Shown piece by piece: positions 34,656-47,322 of a stretch of 64,000 nucleotides of DNA. Both the position numbers and the translations under genes were made by a program. Below the pieces are notes generated by a model, which had not been told where the DNA came from, searched no databases, and saw only the letters and a list, made by a program, of their open reading frames with translations. Origin of the DNA: Squalus acanthias (taxonomy: Eukaryota); contig CM059446.1 of the NCBI GenBank assembly GCA_030390025.1, positions 38,874,001 to 38,938,000 on the forward strand, given 5' to 3'. Numbering within the stretch: position 1 is the stretch's first letter; every line of letters starts with the position of its first letter.

Positions 34656-36191
34656 TCAGCAATACACAGAAATTTCTACAGTAACTTTAGTGAACAGCCA
34701 GATAAACTCTTGGAGATGCTTGACTCATGCGGGACAGCTGTTGCAAAGGACCGAAGGAACAAATGTTTAAACCAGTCTACAACCAATGTCACGGGGAAAA
34801 CATTCATGGATATGTTCTTTTGGCCCGATGTTAGCTTCAGATTTGAATAATGCTTGGCTTCCTCTGGGAATCAATGGGACCTTAGAAAATGTTTGTTTCG
34901 CCTAGTTGGTAAATCACACTTATTTTACTTTACAATACGCTTATTGACTCCTTAATTTTATGCAAAGTGATACGGGAATGTAGTTGAAAACTTTTTATAT
35001 TTGCATTTCAAAATATTGCCTCATGTACTTAGGCCTTGAAATAATGCTGCACAAACAGAAGCATATGAATGTTGAACAAGTTTGTATGAAATGTCTTTGT
35101 CCGCTATCTTAACAGTGAATGCACTTCAAACGTACGTCATTGGCTGAAAGCGCTTTGCGACGCCCTGAGGTTGTGAAAGGTGCTATATAAATGCAAGTTC
35201 TTTCTTTAACAGACGCATTAAACATTTATTTCAAATAGGTTAATGCCTTTGTTAAAATAACAAAGGAATCTCATGCGAATGCATTATGTGTTTGGATGCC
35301 AAGATCGACACAATGTAATTTGAAGGCCTCAGTTTAGCCTTTTATTCTATACGCAGATCCTTCAATTAAGGAGCTCTAACCTCCTTCTTAGTAACATGCT
35401 CAATCGGTCAGCTCAGAGTGGGTGCTTTAGACTTGGAATAGACTCAAAATTGATAACATACTTACTGGCAACTTGGCATTGCAGGCAGCTGTAAAACATC
35501 TCCAGGCTGGGTGGACAATCCCTTTCTTTTTGTGGTCGTTGGATGTCCTTGGGCAAGGTTTGGCAAGATTTATCGATGGCTTGGGCAGAATTAGCAGAAC
35601 GTGTGCTTGGATCGGAGACAACACATTAACAAAAGTAGCAAAGTGCTGACTCAATCCGGCCACATGCCTGCATAGTTCTGCAAATCCTGGCTGGACTGAG
35701 GCCAGAAGGTGCTCAGATGGCGTCTGGTTGGAGCCCCGTGGAAGATTAAATTCAGCTTGGAAAGAGATCTAGGATCCAAGTTCTCTCCAATGTAAACTGG
35801 ATAGAATTTCACAGCCCCATTTAATCTGAATACAGCTGCACTCAATCCCCTTTTCCTGGAATGGGAATGGGAATGGGAAATGGAAATGAGCAGCTGTCCC
35901 AGTATAACGTGCTCAGATTGTCTACTTCACAAATTCGACCCTGCAGAGTTTGCCATGAGTTTAAACATAACACAGTGTCCGGAATATTTACCGGGCGATG
36001 TGCTGGGAGTGGGGGGGGGGGCGGGGGGGAGGTCCAGTTGCACGCGGGAAACCAGCAAGTAGCAGCAGCACATATATCAGTTGCATTTTAACCCAGCCAC
36101 TGCATTTGCACCCTCAACAGATGTTGTCCATCCATTCATTCCACTCATTGCACGACTCTCACTCAAAGGTCTCTTATTTCCTTCCTTGCAG

Positions 36192-37461
36192 GAGAAGAGA
36201 GCACAGAACACCGGGGAGAAGCAGAGAACTGGAGGTGGCCCTCTAGTCATCGCCACGCTAACAGCTGCAGAGGAGGATGCACTTGAGATAAGTGAAGTGC
36301 CAGTGTGCCTGGCGGTGGGAGATGGAGAGATGGGAACCTCCCAGCTACCTGGTGACAGAATTAAATATCACACAGCCACATTGGATACAACTGTCACGCA
36401 TGTTGATTTGATGTCAGCAGCCAGTGAAATATGATCATGTGCATAATGTTACCTTAAAACATTCTTACCATGACAGTTCTAATTCATGTCTTTAATCTCC
36501 CACAGGCCCATCAAGTGTCCAACAGGCGGTGGAACCAGATGTCTCCTCAGAGGAGGTCGCTAACTCTGAGGGTGCACCGTCACAGGACTCAAGCACACCA
36601 TGCACCAGCGCAGATACACACACATCGGTCGGAGCAGCAAGACAGATAGTTGTGTTGTTACCTGGTATCTCACACATCACATGTGAGCAGAAGCAGATGG
36701 TGGAGACAGGGACAGCAGTGGAGAGTCCTCGTCGGAGGGCACAGGACGCTCCCAGCTCTGCTCAGCTGGGCACAGAGGCTGAACCCCGGGGGCCCATCAA
36801 CAAAGAGGATGATTCTGGAGCAGCAGCAAAAGATGTGTGAGGCTCTGGCAGGATTTCCAGCCGCACTGTGCACACTTGCAGAGATAATGGAGGAGTCCAT
36901 CTCAATCATGAGTGGCGTGATGTCACAGGCCTTAGCTATGAAGTTTTCGTCCATGGCCACCTGCACGGGGCATCAAATGTGGCAGTCAAATAAGTGCAAG
37001 CTTGCTCTCGCCAATGGCTTGCACACGCTGAATGCCACCTTAACTAAGATAGATAAAAACCTAGCCTTGGCCGTTCAGCATCCCACTGATGTGCAGCAAA
37101 GTGCTCTCTGGCTGATTGCTAGCAGGGAAGTGCGGGTGGGTCATGAGAGGGAAGACGGAGATGGGGGACATAGAAGTGGGGGGCACTGCTCAAAGCGCTT
37201 CCACTTCTCACCCGTTGCCCCCCATCCCCCAGTCAGTGCCCCACATGCTGCCTCGTGTCCCAGTGGCCGAGTCTGCCCCTGCACAGGTGCAGATGGAGCA
37301 GTCTTTGGCGGGGCCCTCACAGGTTCCAAAATCCAGAGAACGTCGGCCAAGAGCATCTCAGCAGTCAGATCAGGGGCATGAGCAGCCTGCCTCTGCCTTT
37401 GCTGAAGCCACATGGGTCGCACAATGTACGAGTTGAAGGAAAAGGAAGACGAAAGATCAGT
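36192..37461 (+). pseudogene. Harbinger Myb/SANT-like accessory gene, exons 2-3 (36192-36351; 36506 to about 37461)
   Basis: ttgcag|EKRAQN..EKQRTGGGP...AAEEDALEI..P|gtgaca; cccacag|..SEGAPS..TSADTHTSVG..MEESIS; frameshifted; homologous to 54580-56524. Confidence 0.8.
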
Positions 37462-37747
37462 AGTTGCACAAGGGTATTCACATGGCTTTGCGTCAATAAG
37501 TTAATGTATAAGTTTTGAGGCACATATAAAATTATTTCTTTGCACCACTTTCAAGTCTTGCCCATTTTTGTCTGCAGCCTGGCAGCTGGCCTTCTCAGAA
37601 TGGTAAGACAAGACTTAAATCTGAGCAATGGGTGTCTGTGAAAGGAATGCTTTGTTGATTGCAGCACTGCTTTGTGCTGGGGGAGTGAGGGGAGGGGGGT
37701 GCAAGTGGGTTCAGCATGTGGCTGCCAGATGGGTACAGTGATGCAAC

Positions 37748-38940
37748 CTAACTAAATCTTGCCATGATGAGTCAATCCCGGGCATCCCGGGCAGCAATGT
37801 GCGCCGCTGCTAGTGCCATGGCCACATGACGTTGTTCCTCCTCCTCCTCCTCCTCATCTTCCTCCTCTGAAGAGGCAATATGCTCTGTGCCTTGCTCCTC
37901 CTGCAGCTCCAATCCTCGTTACTGCGCTATGTTGTGCAGAGCACAGCAAACCAAGACCATTCTGGAGACCCTGGCTGGTGCGTACTGAAGGGCACCTCCA
38001 GATCTGTCGAGGCACCTGAAGCGCATCTTCAGCATCCCGATTGCTTGCTCAATGACACATCTCGTCTTCATATTGCTTTGATTGTAGTGCTCTTGGGACT
38101 CATTGCTTGGGCTCCTCACTGGTGTCATCAGCCACGTCTTAAGTGGATAGCCTTTGTCTCCAAGCAGCCAGCCAGTAAGTCTGCTCGGAGGTGCGAAGAG
38201 ATCAGGGAGAGTGGACTGACGCAGGATAAATGCATCATGGCAGCTACCTGGGAATCTTGCACACACCTGCATAATGATCTTTTTGTGGTTGCAGACGAGC
38301 TGCACGTTGATGGAGTGGAAGCCCTTACGGTTCACAAACACTCCTGGGTGATCTGAGGATGCCTTGGTTTCCACATGTGTGCAGTCGATGATGCCCTGTA
38401 CCTGTGGGAAGCCAGCCAGAGCTGAAAACCCAAGCACACGCTCACTCTGACTGGCTTCATCGGTGGCAAAGTGTACAGAATAGCCTGCCCTGGCAAACAT
38501 GGCATTGGTCACCTGTGTAATGCATTTGTGGGCGGGCCGACTGTGAAATCCTGCAAATGTCTCCTGCAGAGTCCTGGAAGGAGCCGGAGGCGAAGAAGTT
38601 GAGGGCGGTGGACACTTTGACAGCCACTGGTAAAGCGTGACCATCAGGTCCAGTTGGCAACAGGTCTTCTTCCAGCAGGATGCAAATGTCTGCCACCACC
38701 TGGCGCGATACCCTGAGCCTCCTGAGGCACTGGTGTTCGGACACGTCGAGGAAGCTGATCCTCTGGGGGGTATCGCCTCCTGCGAGCTGCACCTCTGTGC
38801 TCATCCCCTCTCTCCTGTGCAGTGGCAGGTCTGTGAGGAGAAGGCTGCTGCTGCTGCTGGTGCTGCTGGTGGTGTTGCTGCTGGTGCTCATCTTGGTGCT
38901 CATCTGAGGTCCAAGGTGAAACGGCATAAGCGGCACCCAT
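37748..38940 (-). pseudogene. Harbinger DDE transposase (HARBI1-related family), frameshifted
   Basis: [69 protein letters not shown]; His/Gln-rich N-terminus and acidic C-terminus. Confidence 0.93.
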
Positions 38941-38988
38941 GCTGATCTGATATACGACAGATGTAAAGTGGCGATCAGACGCACAAAG

Positions 38989-39093
38989 CTCCAAAGTAGT
39001 GAGAGTGACCTCCAATGTAGTGAAAGTCACCTCCGAAGTATTGGAACCCACCTCCAAAGTTGTAGAAATCACCTGCAAAGTACTGAAAGCAAA
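38989..39093. repeat. Five diverged 21-bp tandem units upstream of the transposase ATG
   Basis: ctccaaagtagtgagagtgac / ctccaatgtagtgaaagtcac / ctccgaagtattggaacccac / ctccaaagttgtagaaatcac / ctgcaaagtactgaaagcaaa. Confidence 0.8.
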
Positions 39094-40558
39094 CTCTCCG
39101 AACAAGTGCTGTGAGCAAAAGCCTTTCACTTAGGCAAGGAAGCAGGTGTGAGGTCTCAGTGCTTATACGATTTTTTGCCTGCCATTTCTTCAGCCCCGCC
39201 AACTACCACAGTGCTCTCGCCTTGCTTTCACTGGCGAAGTCCAGAAAGCCCGGGAAACCCGTGCACCCACAGTGAAAGTTGAAAACCCCTGTTAAAAAAG
39301 CTGTTAATTATCTCTTAAATACCTCTTAATAGCTTTCAATTGGTAACCCGCCTCTCCCAAGGGAGTTTCTCACACGCAGCCAAACGCGCTCGAGTGAAAT
39401 GCGGAAGACGGCGGGTTGGAGCCGGCTTCCCGACGCGCCGTCAATTTCAGCGCATTTAACCACCCGCCTCCTCCCAAAGCCACTGACTCTTTCATGTTTA
39501 AATTCCCCCCAGTATCCCACAAGCAGACTTCTCCACAATCTTCCTCCTCATCTTTGCCTGCAGGTTGAATGTGTTTAGGCAACTAACCCTATTTAGACAG
39601 CGTTATTGGAAGGAGGGGGAATTACTAAAATGATTCACTGGCAGTGCAGAGAATAGGCCATCTGGTGAAATCCTAATTAAATCAATCTCTCTCAGGGAAA
39701 ATCAAGTAATTCTTCCACACTAGAATTACTAAACAATAGGACGCACTCTCTTTAACTGAAGTTTAACCTTTGCCAACTGTTAATATAAACAGAGAAAATG
39801 ACTCAGAAATTATGATCTGGCATTGTTCAATTACACTCTGACCAATTTACTGCTTCACAGGAACAAATCTACCACATTCCATTTTAAGGGTGTTAATTCT
39901 CCTCTCCAAAAAAAGTTTTAATTCTTCTAGATAATTCATGTTTGTACAATTTAAAATCAAAATTGGTAACAAACACAACAATTGTCTTTGTTTTAAAGAT
40001 AGAAATACGAAAGTCAATTATGTACTACTGGACCATTCTTGTAAAGGATCCATTGCCCCAGTTCAGCTCTGTCCATTCAATGGCAATTTGGTTCTTTGTT
40101 CAACTGGGCCCACCATTTATGCAGTGCTTGGTAATAGTTGTTTTACAGCGATACACTTACAATTATCACCAAAGTTCATTTGAGAGTCCTCTTTGTCCCT
40201 TTGGAGCTAAAATATGGCATTAGTTTGCGAGTGCTTGGAGGCTTGTGGGAATGGTGAGTGGGAATCATTTCCTTTTGTAGTGATGCACTTCAGTTAATAA
40301 ACTGACCAGAATTCTTAAAAAGTCATTTCTACTACATTACATACTATACGTCATTTGTACCATGTGTTGTCATTGCAGAATCTGCTGTTTTGAAAATGTA
40401 TTTCTGCTACAGTGAACAGACCTGAAACACTCAAGCCTAGATTTTCCAATCGGCTGTGACGTTAAATAACTTCAATCGAAAAATCTACCTTTTTGTCATT
40501 TTCATACGTGTAAATTTGCATAAAATAACACGAGGGTTATTATTCCCAAACTGTGGTT

Positions 40559-40630
40559 GTGGGGCGGGGGTGGCGGGGGGGGGGGGGGAAGTCGGGGGGG
40601 GGGGGGGGGGTGAGAGGGGGAAGAAGGGGT
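40559..40630 (+). repeat. Poly-G low-complexity tract (G-quadruplex potential)
   Basis: Multiple long G runs. Confidence 0.7.
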
Positions 40631-41197
40631 ATCCTTAGCTCTATCACACAAATTCATTCATAATACCATTAACATTATACCAAGATTAATGTTAGTGCAG
40701 GGGAAGGATAGAAATTGAATCCAATATACTCACACTCAACCTCGGAACATCCCCTCCTCCAGCCCTGCAACATTACTACTTCTCAGACCATCAATAGTTA
40801 TTGGCTTTCTGAGTAAGATTGTCAAATTAGGGCCAATTAGTGCCAAATTAACATAGTTTAAAGCAGTAGAATCAGCTCAAGAAGGAATTCAATTCAGTCA
40901 ATGGCTAATAGGTTTTGAGAAGAATATTCATTGATGAAGGTTAAAATGATATAGGGCACTGTATTTAGGTGGGCAGGTTTAAGATCACACGTTAGCTGCT
41001 TTTACATTGTGCTTAGTGGGGTGGTAGGTCATTGGCTCTGACGCAGGGGTCTTGAGCAGCCAATGTCAACCCCAGGGTAGATTTGAAGAAAATCAATATA
41101 ATACCATTTTATTTTTGTAAAGCACAACATTTTTAGATATGTCCAAACTTAACCAAGGAAAGAGAAAATATAGCCCACTGCAAGAAGCACTGAAATC

Positions 41198-42610
41198 AAT
41201 AACAACAACTTATATTTATATAGCGCCTTTAACGTAATAAAACATCCCAAGGTGCTTCACAGGAGCGTTATCAAACATAATTTGACACTGAGCCACATGG
41301 GTGATATTAGGACAGGTGACGAAATGCTTGGTCAAAAAGGTAGGTTTTAAGGAGTGTCTTAAAGGAGAAGAGAGAAGCAGAGAGGCAGGGATGTTTAAGG
41401 AGGGAATTCCAAAGCTTAGGACATGGGCAGCTGAAGGCATGGCCGCCAATGGTGGAGATATCTAAAATCAAGGATGCGCAAGAGGCCAGAATTGGAGGAG
41501 TGCAGAGATTTCGGAGGGTTGTGGGACTGGAGGAGGTTACAGAGATAGGGACGGGGGAGGTCGTGGAGGGATTTGTAAACAAGGATGAGAATTTTAAATT
41601 TGAGGCCTTGCTGGACTGGGAGCCAAAGTAGGCCAGCGAGCACAGGGGTGATGGGTGAACGGAACTTGGTGCAAGTTAGGATACGGGCAGCAGAGTTTTG
41701 GATGAGCTCAAGTTTATGGAGGGTGGAAGATGGGAGGCCAGACAGGCGAGCATTGTCAAGTCTAGAGGTAACAAAGGCATGATGAGGGTTTCAGCAACCG
41801 ATGAGCTGAGGCGGGGCGGAGATGGGCGATGTTACGGAGGTGGAAATAGGCGGTCTTAGTTATGCCGCAGATATGGGATCAGAAGCTCATCTTGGGGTCA
41901 AATAGGATGCCAAGGTTGCGAACGATCAGGTTCAGCCTCAGACAGTGGCCAGTGAGAGGGGTGGAGTTGGTGGCTAGGGAAATTACCTTGCGTTGGGGAC
42001 CAATGAAAATGGCTTCGGTCTTTCCAATATTTAGTTGGAGAAAATTTCAGTACGGAATGTCCCCCAAGCAGCATGCCAAATCAGAGGCAGTGGAGGGGCC
42101 GAGAGAGGTGGTGGTGAGGTAGAGCTGGGTGTCATCAGCGTACATGTGGAACCTGACATTGTGTTTTCGGATGATGTCGCCGAAGGGCAGCATGTAGATG
42201 AGAAATAGGAGGGGGCCAAGGATAGATCCTTGGGGGACTCCAGAGGCCAAGGTGTGGGAGCGGGAAGAGAAGCCGTTGTAGGTGATTCTCTGGCTACGGC
42301 TGGATAGATAGGAATGGAACCAGGCAAGGGCAGTCCCACCCAGCTGGACGACGGGGGAGAGGCGTTGGAGGAGGAAGGTGGTCAACCATGTCAAAGGCTG
42401 TAGACGGGTCGAGGAGGGATAGTTTACCACGGCCACAATCACATAGGATGTCATTTGTGACTTTAATACAGGTCGTGTCTGTGTTGTGGCAGGGGCAGAA
42501 GCTTGATTGGAAGGGTCAAACATGAAGTTGCGGAAAAGATGGGCACGGATTTAGGAGGTGACAGCACATTCAAAGGACTTTGGAGAGGAAAAAGGTTGGA
42601 GACGGGGTAA
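41198..42610 (-). mobile_element. L2 LINE, 5'-truncated, RT region to 3' end
   Basis: [15 protein letters not shown]...[18 protein letters not shown]...[11 protein letters not shown]; WLPV...FKIL; FKTLLKTYLF; tatataaatataagttgttg tail. Confidence 0.92.
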
Positions 42611-43394
42611 TAGAGCATTATAGACGAAAAACTTGAAAACATGATGACAGAAGATGGTGTTCATTACACTGCACTGTCTGTAACTTTAAGACTGTACTGT
42701 ATTGTACATTATCCTCCATAAACCGCTTAGGTTTAAAACCTTGTGCCTAATAATAAAGTCAGCCTAAAGTTAGCACAAATTTCAAACTGAATGAAATATT
42801 GTGATAACTGCCAGAGCATACGATAAAGTTACAATCTGTTGAGATAACAAACTTTCTCTGGGTCTCCAATTTATTTTTACAACTAATATTGAAGACATAT
42901 TATCCACGGACACTTGAGACAAATAAATGAAGGCAAATTGTTTGGATCTCCAACCATGAGTGAGTTTATTTGAAAGCCTGTGCTGGGTCAGACAGTGTGG
43001 GACACGTTAGACTGTGCTTAAGCACCATAGAATAAATGACAGGTACTGTATTAGCCCAGTCCATCAAATGGTCGTGGTGTTATGATCAAAGGCTAGTGAG
43101 GTGCGGGGCATTATTATCCCGACCCTTTCCTTCTTGTTCCATCTCCTGACTTTTGAGACGCTGCCATATTAAACAGGATAAATGTGACGGAAGTCCACCT
43201 CAGTTTTTTGGCTCATTGTAACCAGCAATAAAATTCACACAGAGCTCAGGCTTAGCAACCTGACAGACATTCACTCACCACGTATCTGTCCCAAAGCTGA
43301 ATGTCGCGGGAGCCCATTCTAGCGCACCTTCAAGAATCCCTTTTTGTTTGCAAAGTTCATGTGGTGGCCAGTATGATAAAGCACCCCAGACTCT

Positions 43395-43747
43395 ATAGAT
43401 GCAGGAAGGATGTTCCCGATGGCAGGGGAGTCCAGAACCAGGGGTCACAGTCTAAGGATAAGGGGTAAGCCATTTAGAACAGAAATGAGGAGGAATTTCT
43501 TCACTCAGAGAGTGGTGAACCTGTGGAATTCTCTATCACAGAAGGCAGTAGAGGCCAATTCATTAAATAGATTCAAGAAGGAGTTGGATATATTTCTTAA
43601 GGCTAAAGGGATCAAGGGATATGGGGAGAAAGCAGGGACAGGGTACTGAATTTGGATGATCAGCCATGATCTCATTAAATGGCGGAGCAGGCTAGAGGGG
43701 CCGAATGGCCTACTCCTGCTCCTATCTTCTGTGATTCTATGATTCTA
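43395..43747 (+). mobile_element. CR1 LINE 3' fragment
   Basis: ORF 43410-43649; near-identical to 21132-21492. Confidence 0.92.
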
Positions 43748-43804
43748 AGACAACTAAGGTTCTACTATATTATTTTCAACTGTTGGTAAGAAACTAAGAC
43801 ACCT

Positions 43805-43923
43805 GGGGGTTTAACTTCCCCCAATACTGCGTGAAACAGGTTTAATAGCTGTGTTAAAATAGCGCACAGCAGAATTTTACATGGGCAGATTTAACCGGTG
43901 CTACCAGAGGAAATAAAACCCCC
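43805..43923. mobile_element. Short MITE-like element
   Basis: gggggtttaacttcc ... ggaaataaaaccccc inverted termini. Confidence 0.5.
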
Positions 43924-44468
43924 TTAAATCAGGAGTTAGCATGAACCTACCATCTTGGTGAGCAGCAACAAGCTGCTTTGGCTCAGTTGTACACTGGTAG
44001 CAGAAAGAAATATAAAAACACAGAGATCTAGACAGTGCAAAGGGCTCCATGTTCAAAGTTACATTTATTTATTCTTCTCACTTATGGTTCCAGCACCTTT
44101 TTTTTTACCTCACCATATAAGTTTTCAATTCCTGTTTTTATGTACTACAAAGCTTTCAGCATGTTCACTCTCCTGGGTGTAACTGTAATGATTTCTGCAA
44201 TGTTCCATCACATGTCATGCTCTTTAAACCTGCTGCTCCTGCTGTCATCTATATATCCAAGTAGAGGGTATCTTATCTTCTGCCAGTTGCATTGGAAAAA
44301 TTATTTCCACCACTTAAATGTTGTATTTTCTTATATTTTTAACATGTATATTCAGAAGAATACACAAAAATAGTATACTGCAGAGATGTTCTGTTTCTTT
44401 GGCTCGTAGAAACATAGGAAAAGGAGGAGGCCATTCAGGCCCTTGAGCCTGTTCCGCCATTCAATGAG

Positions 44469-46780
44469 ATAAGAACATAAGAACATAAAAAATAGGAGCA
44501 GGAATAGGCCACTTGGCCCCTCAAGCCTGCTCCGCCATTCAATAAGATCATGGCTGATCTTGGGCTCAAAGCCACTTCCCAGCCCGCTCCCCATAACCGT
44601 TCACTCCCTTATCTTGCAAAAATTTGTCTATCTCCACTTTAAATGTATTAGTGACCCAGCCTCCACAGCTCTCTGGGGCAGAGAATTCCACAAATTTACG
44701 ACCCTCTGAGAGAAGAAGTTCCTCCTCATCTCAGTTCTAAAAGGGCGACCCTTCATTCTGAGACTGTGCCCCCGAGTTCTAGATTTCCCCATGAGGGGAA
44801 ATATCCTCTCTGCATCTACCCTGTCGAGCCCCCTCAGTATCTTATATGTTTCGATAAGATCACCTCTCATTCTTCTAAATTCCAATGAGTATCGGCCCAG
44901 CCTGCTCAACCTTTCCTCATAAGTCAAACCTCTTATCTCTGGAATTAACCCAGTGAATCGTCTCTGAACTGCCTCCAATGCAAGTATATCCTTCCTTAAA
45001 TAAGGAGACCAAAACTGTACGCAGTACTCAAGGTGTGGTCTCACCAATACCCTGTACAGTTGTAGCAGGACTTCCCTGCTTTTATACTCCAACCCCCTTG
45101 CAATAAAGGCCAACATTCCATTTGCCTTTTTTGCTGTACCTGCATGCTAACTTTTTGTGTTTCATGCACAAGGACCCCCAGGTCCCTCTGAACTGTAGCA
45201 TTTTGTAATCTCTCTCCATTAAAATTTATTTTTCCTGCCAAAGTGGATAACCTCGCACTTTCCCACATTATACTCCATCTGCCAAATGTTTGCCCACTCA
45301 CCTAGCCTGTCTATATCCCTTTGCAGATTCTTTGAGTCCTCTGCAAAACTTGCTTTCCCACCCATCTTTGTATCATCCGCAAACTTGGCTACATTACACT
45401 CGATCCCTTCATCCATGTTATTAATGTAGATTGTAAATAGTTGGGGCCCCAGCACCGATCCTTGTGGCACCCCACTAGTTACCGTTTGCCAACCAGAAAA
45501 TGACCCATTTATCCCAACTCTGCTTTCTGTTAGTTAGCCAATTCTCTATCCATGCTAATATATTACCCCCAACTCCGTGAGCTCTTATCTTATGCAGTAA
45601 CCTTTTATGTGGCACCTTATCGAATGCCTTCTGGAAATCCAAATACACCACATCCACTGGCTCACCCTTGTCCACCCTGCTTGTTACATCCTCAAAGAAC
45701 TCCAGCAAATTTGTTAAACATGATTTCCCTTTCCTAAAACCATGCTGACTCTGTTTGACTGCAGTATGTTTTTCTAAATGCCCTGCTACTGCTTCCTTAA
45801 TGAAGGACTCCAGCATTTTCCCAACGACAGATGTTAGGCTAACTGGTCTATAGTTTCCTGCTTTCTGTCTCCCTCCTTTCTTAAATAGGGGTGTTACATT
45901 AGAGGTTTTCCAATCCGCTGGGACCTCTCCAGAGTCCAGAGAATTTTGGTCTATTGCAACCAATGCATCCACTATCTCTGCAGCCACTTCTTTTAAGACC
46001 CTGGGATGCAGGCCATCTGGTCCAGTGGACTTGTCGTCTTTTAGTCCCATTATTTTACCAAGTACTATTTCCTTAGTGATAGTGATTGTCTTTAGTTCGC
46101 CACTCCCTGTGGCCCCTTGATTATCCATTATTGGGATGTTGTTAGTGTCTTCTACAGTGAAGACAGATGCAAAATATTTGTTCAGAGTCTCTGCCATTCC
46201 CCATTATTAATTCCCCAGTTTCATCCTCTAAGGGACCAATGTTTACTTTAGCTACCCTCTTCCTTTTTATATACCTGTAGAAGCTCTTACTATCTGTTTT
46301 AATGTTTCTTGCCAGCTTACTCTCATAATTCATCTTCTCTCTCTTTATTATTTTTTTTAGTCATCCTTTGCTGGTTTTTAAAAATTTCCCAATCCTCTGG
46401 TCTCCCACCAATCTTGGCAACATTGTATGCCTTCGTTTTCAATTTGATACCATCCTTTACTTCCTTAGTTAGCCACTGATGGTGCTCCCTTCTCTTAAAA
46501 TCTTTCTTTCTCACTGGAATATATTCTTGTTCAGAGTTATGAAATATCTCCTTAAATGTCCGCCACTGCATTTCAAATTTCTTACCCTTTAATTTTTTTT
46601 TCCAGTCCACTTTAGCCAGTTCTGCCCTCATGCCATTATAATTGCCTTTGTTTAAGATCAGGACACTGGTTTGGGATACTACTTTCTCACCCTCCAACTG
46701 AATTTGAAATTCAACCGTGCTATGATCACTCTTTCCTAGAGGATCCTTTACTATGAGATCATTTATTAATTCTGTCTCAA
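44469..46780 (-). pseudogene. CR1 LINE ORF2 (endonuclease end, RT, C-terminus), nested in another CR1
   Basis: ORF pieces: PLGKSDH, GPDGLHPRVLKE, NYRPVSLTSVVGK, DVVYLDFQKAFDKVPH, PQGSVLGP, KFADDTK, LVRPHLEYC. Confidence 0.95.
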
Positions 46781-47098
46781 AGATCATGGCTGATCTGCGA
46801 CCTAACTCCCTATACCCACCTTTGGCCCATATCCCTTAACAAAAAGCAATCAATCTCAGATTTAAAATTAAGAATTGATCTAGCATCAATTGCTGTTTGC
46901 GGAAGGGAGTTCCAAACTTCTACCACCCTTTGTGTGTAGAAGTGTTTCCTAATTTCACTCCTGAAAGGCCTGGCTCTAATTTTTAGACTATGTTCCCTAG
47001 TCCCAGACTCCCCAACCAGCAGAAATAGTTTCTCTCTATCTACCCTATCTGTTCTCCTTAATATCTTGAAAACTTCGATCAGATCACCCCTTAACCTT
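46781..47098 (-). mobile_element. CR1 LINE 3' fragment (host of the nested CR1; its extreme tail lies at 44407-44468)
   Basis: ...ccattcaatgagat (44470) continues as agatcatggctgatctg (46781); RGDLIEVFKILR. Confidence 0.8.
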
Positions 47099-47322
47099 CA
47101 GTGGGGAGCACTCTTGCCTCTGAGTCAGAAGGTTGTGGGTTCAAGTCCCACTCCAGAGACTTGAGCACATAATCTAGGCTGACACTCCAGAGCAGTACTG
47201 AGGGAGTGCTGCACTGTCGGAGGTGCCGTCTTTTGGATGAGACGTTAAACTGAGGCCCCCGTCTGCCCTCTTAGTTGTACGTAAAAAATTCCATGGCATT
47301 ATTTTGAAGAAGAGCAGGGGAG
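47099..47322 (+). mobile_element. Deu-domain SINE 5' half
   Basis: gcctctgagtcagaaggttgtgggttcaagtccc...gaagagcagggg. Confidence 0.88.

Larger units (their letters stand above)
35977..39510. mobile_element. PIF/Harbinger DNA transposon, decayed two-gene copy lacking Myb exon 1
   Basis: Convergent Myb-like (+) and DDE transposase (-) pseudogenes; right TIR aaattcccccc, degenerate left TIR gtccggaatat, agt/agt flanks. Confidence 0.85.

Noticed and set aside
37748-38940. Domesticated host HARBI1/NAIF1 genes
   Set aside because: Multiple copies, TIRs, frameshifts and stops show these are transposon copies, so no gene symbol is assigned.
40559-40630. Functional G-quadruplex element
   Set aside because: Homopolymer runs are common and error-prone, and no context supports a function.
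21132-43747. Inverted near-identical CR1 fragments at 21132 and 43395 as ends of a 22-kb composite element
   Set aside because: Both are ordinary 5'-truncated copies of one abundant subfamily, and no shared flanking TSD is present.
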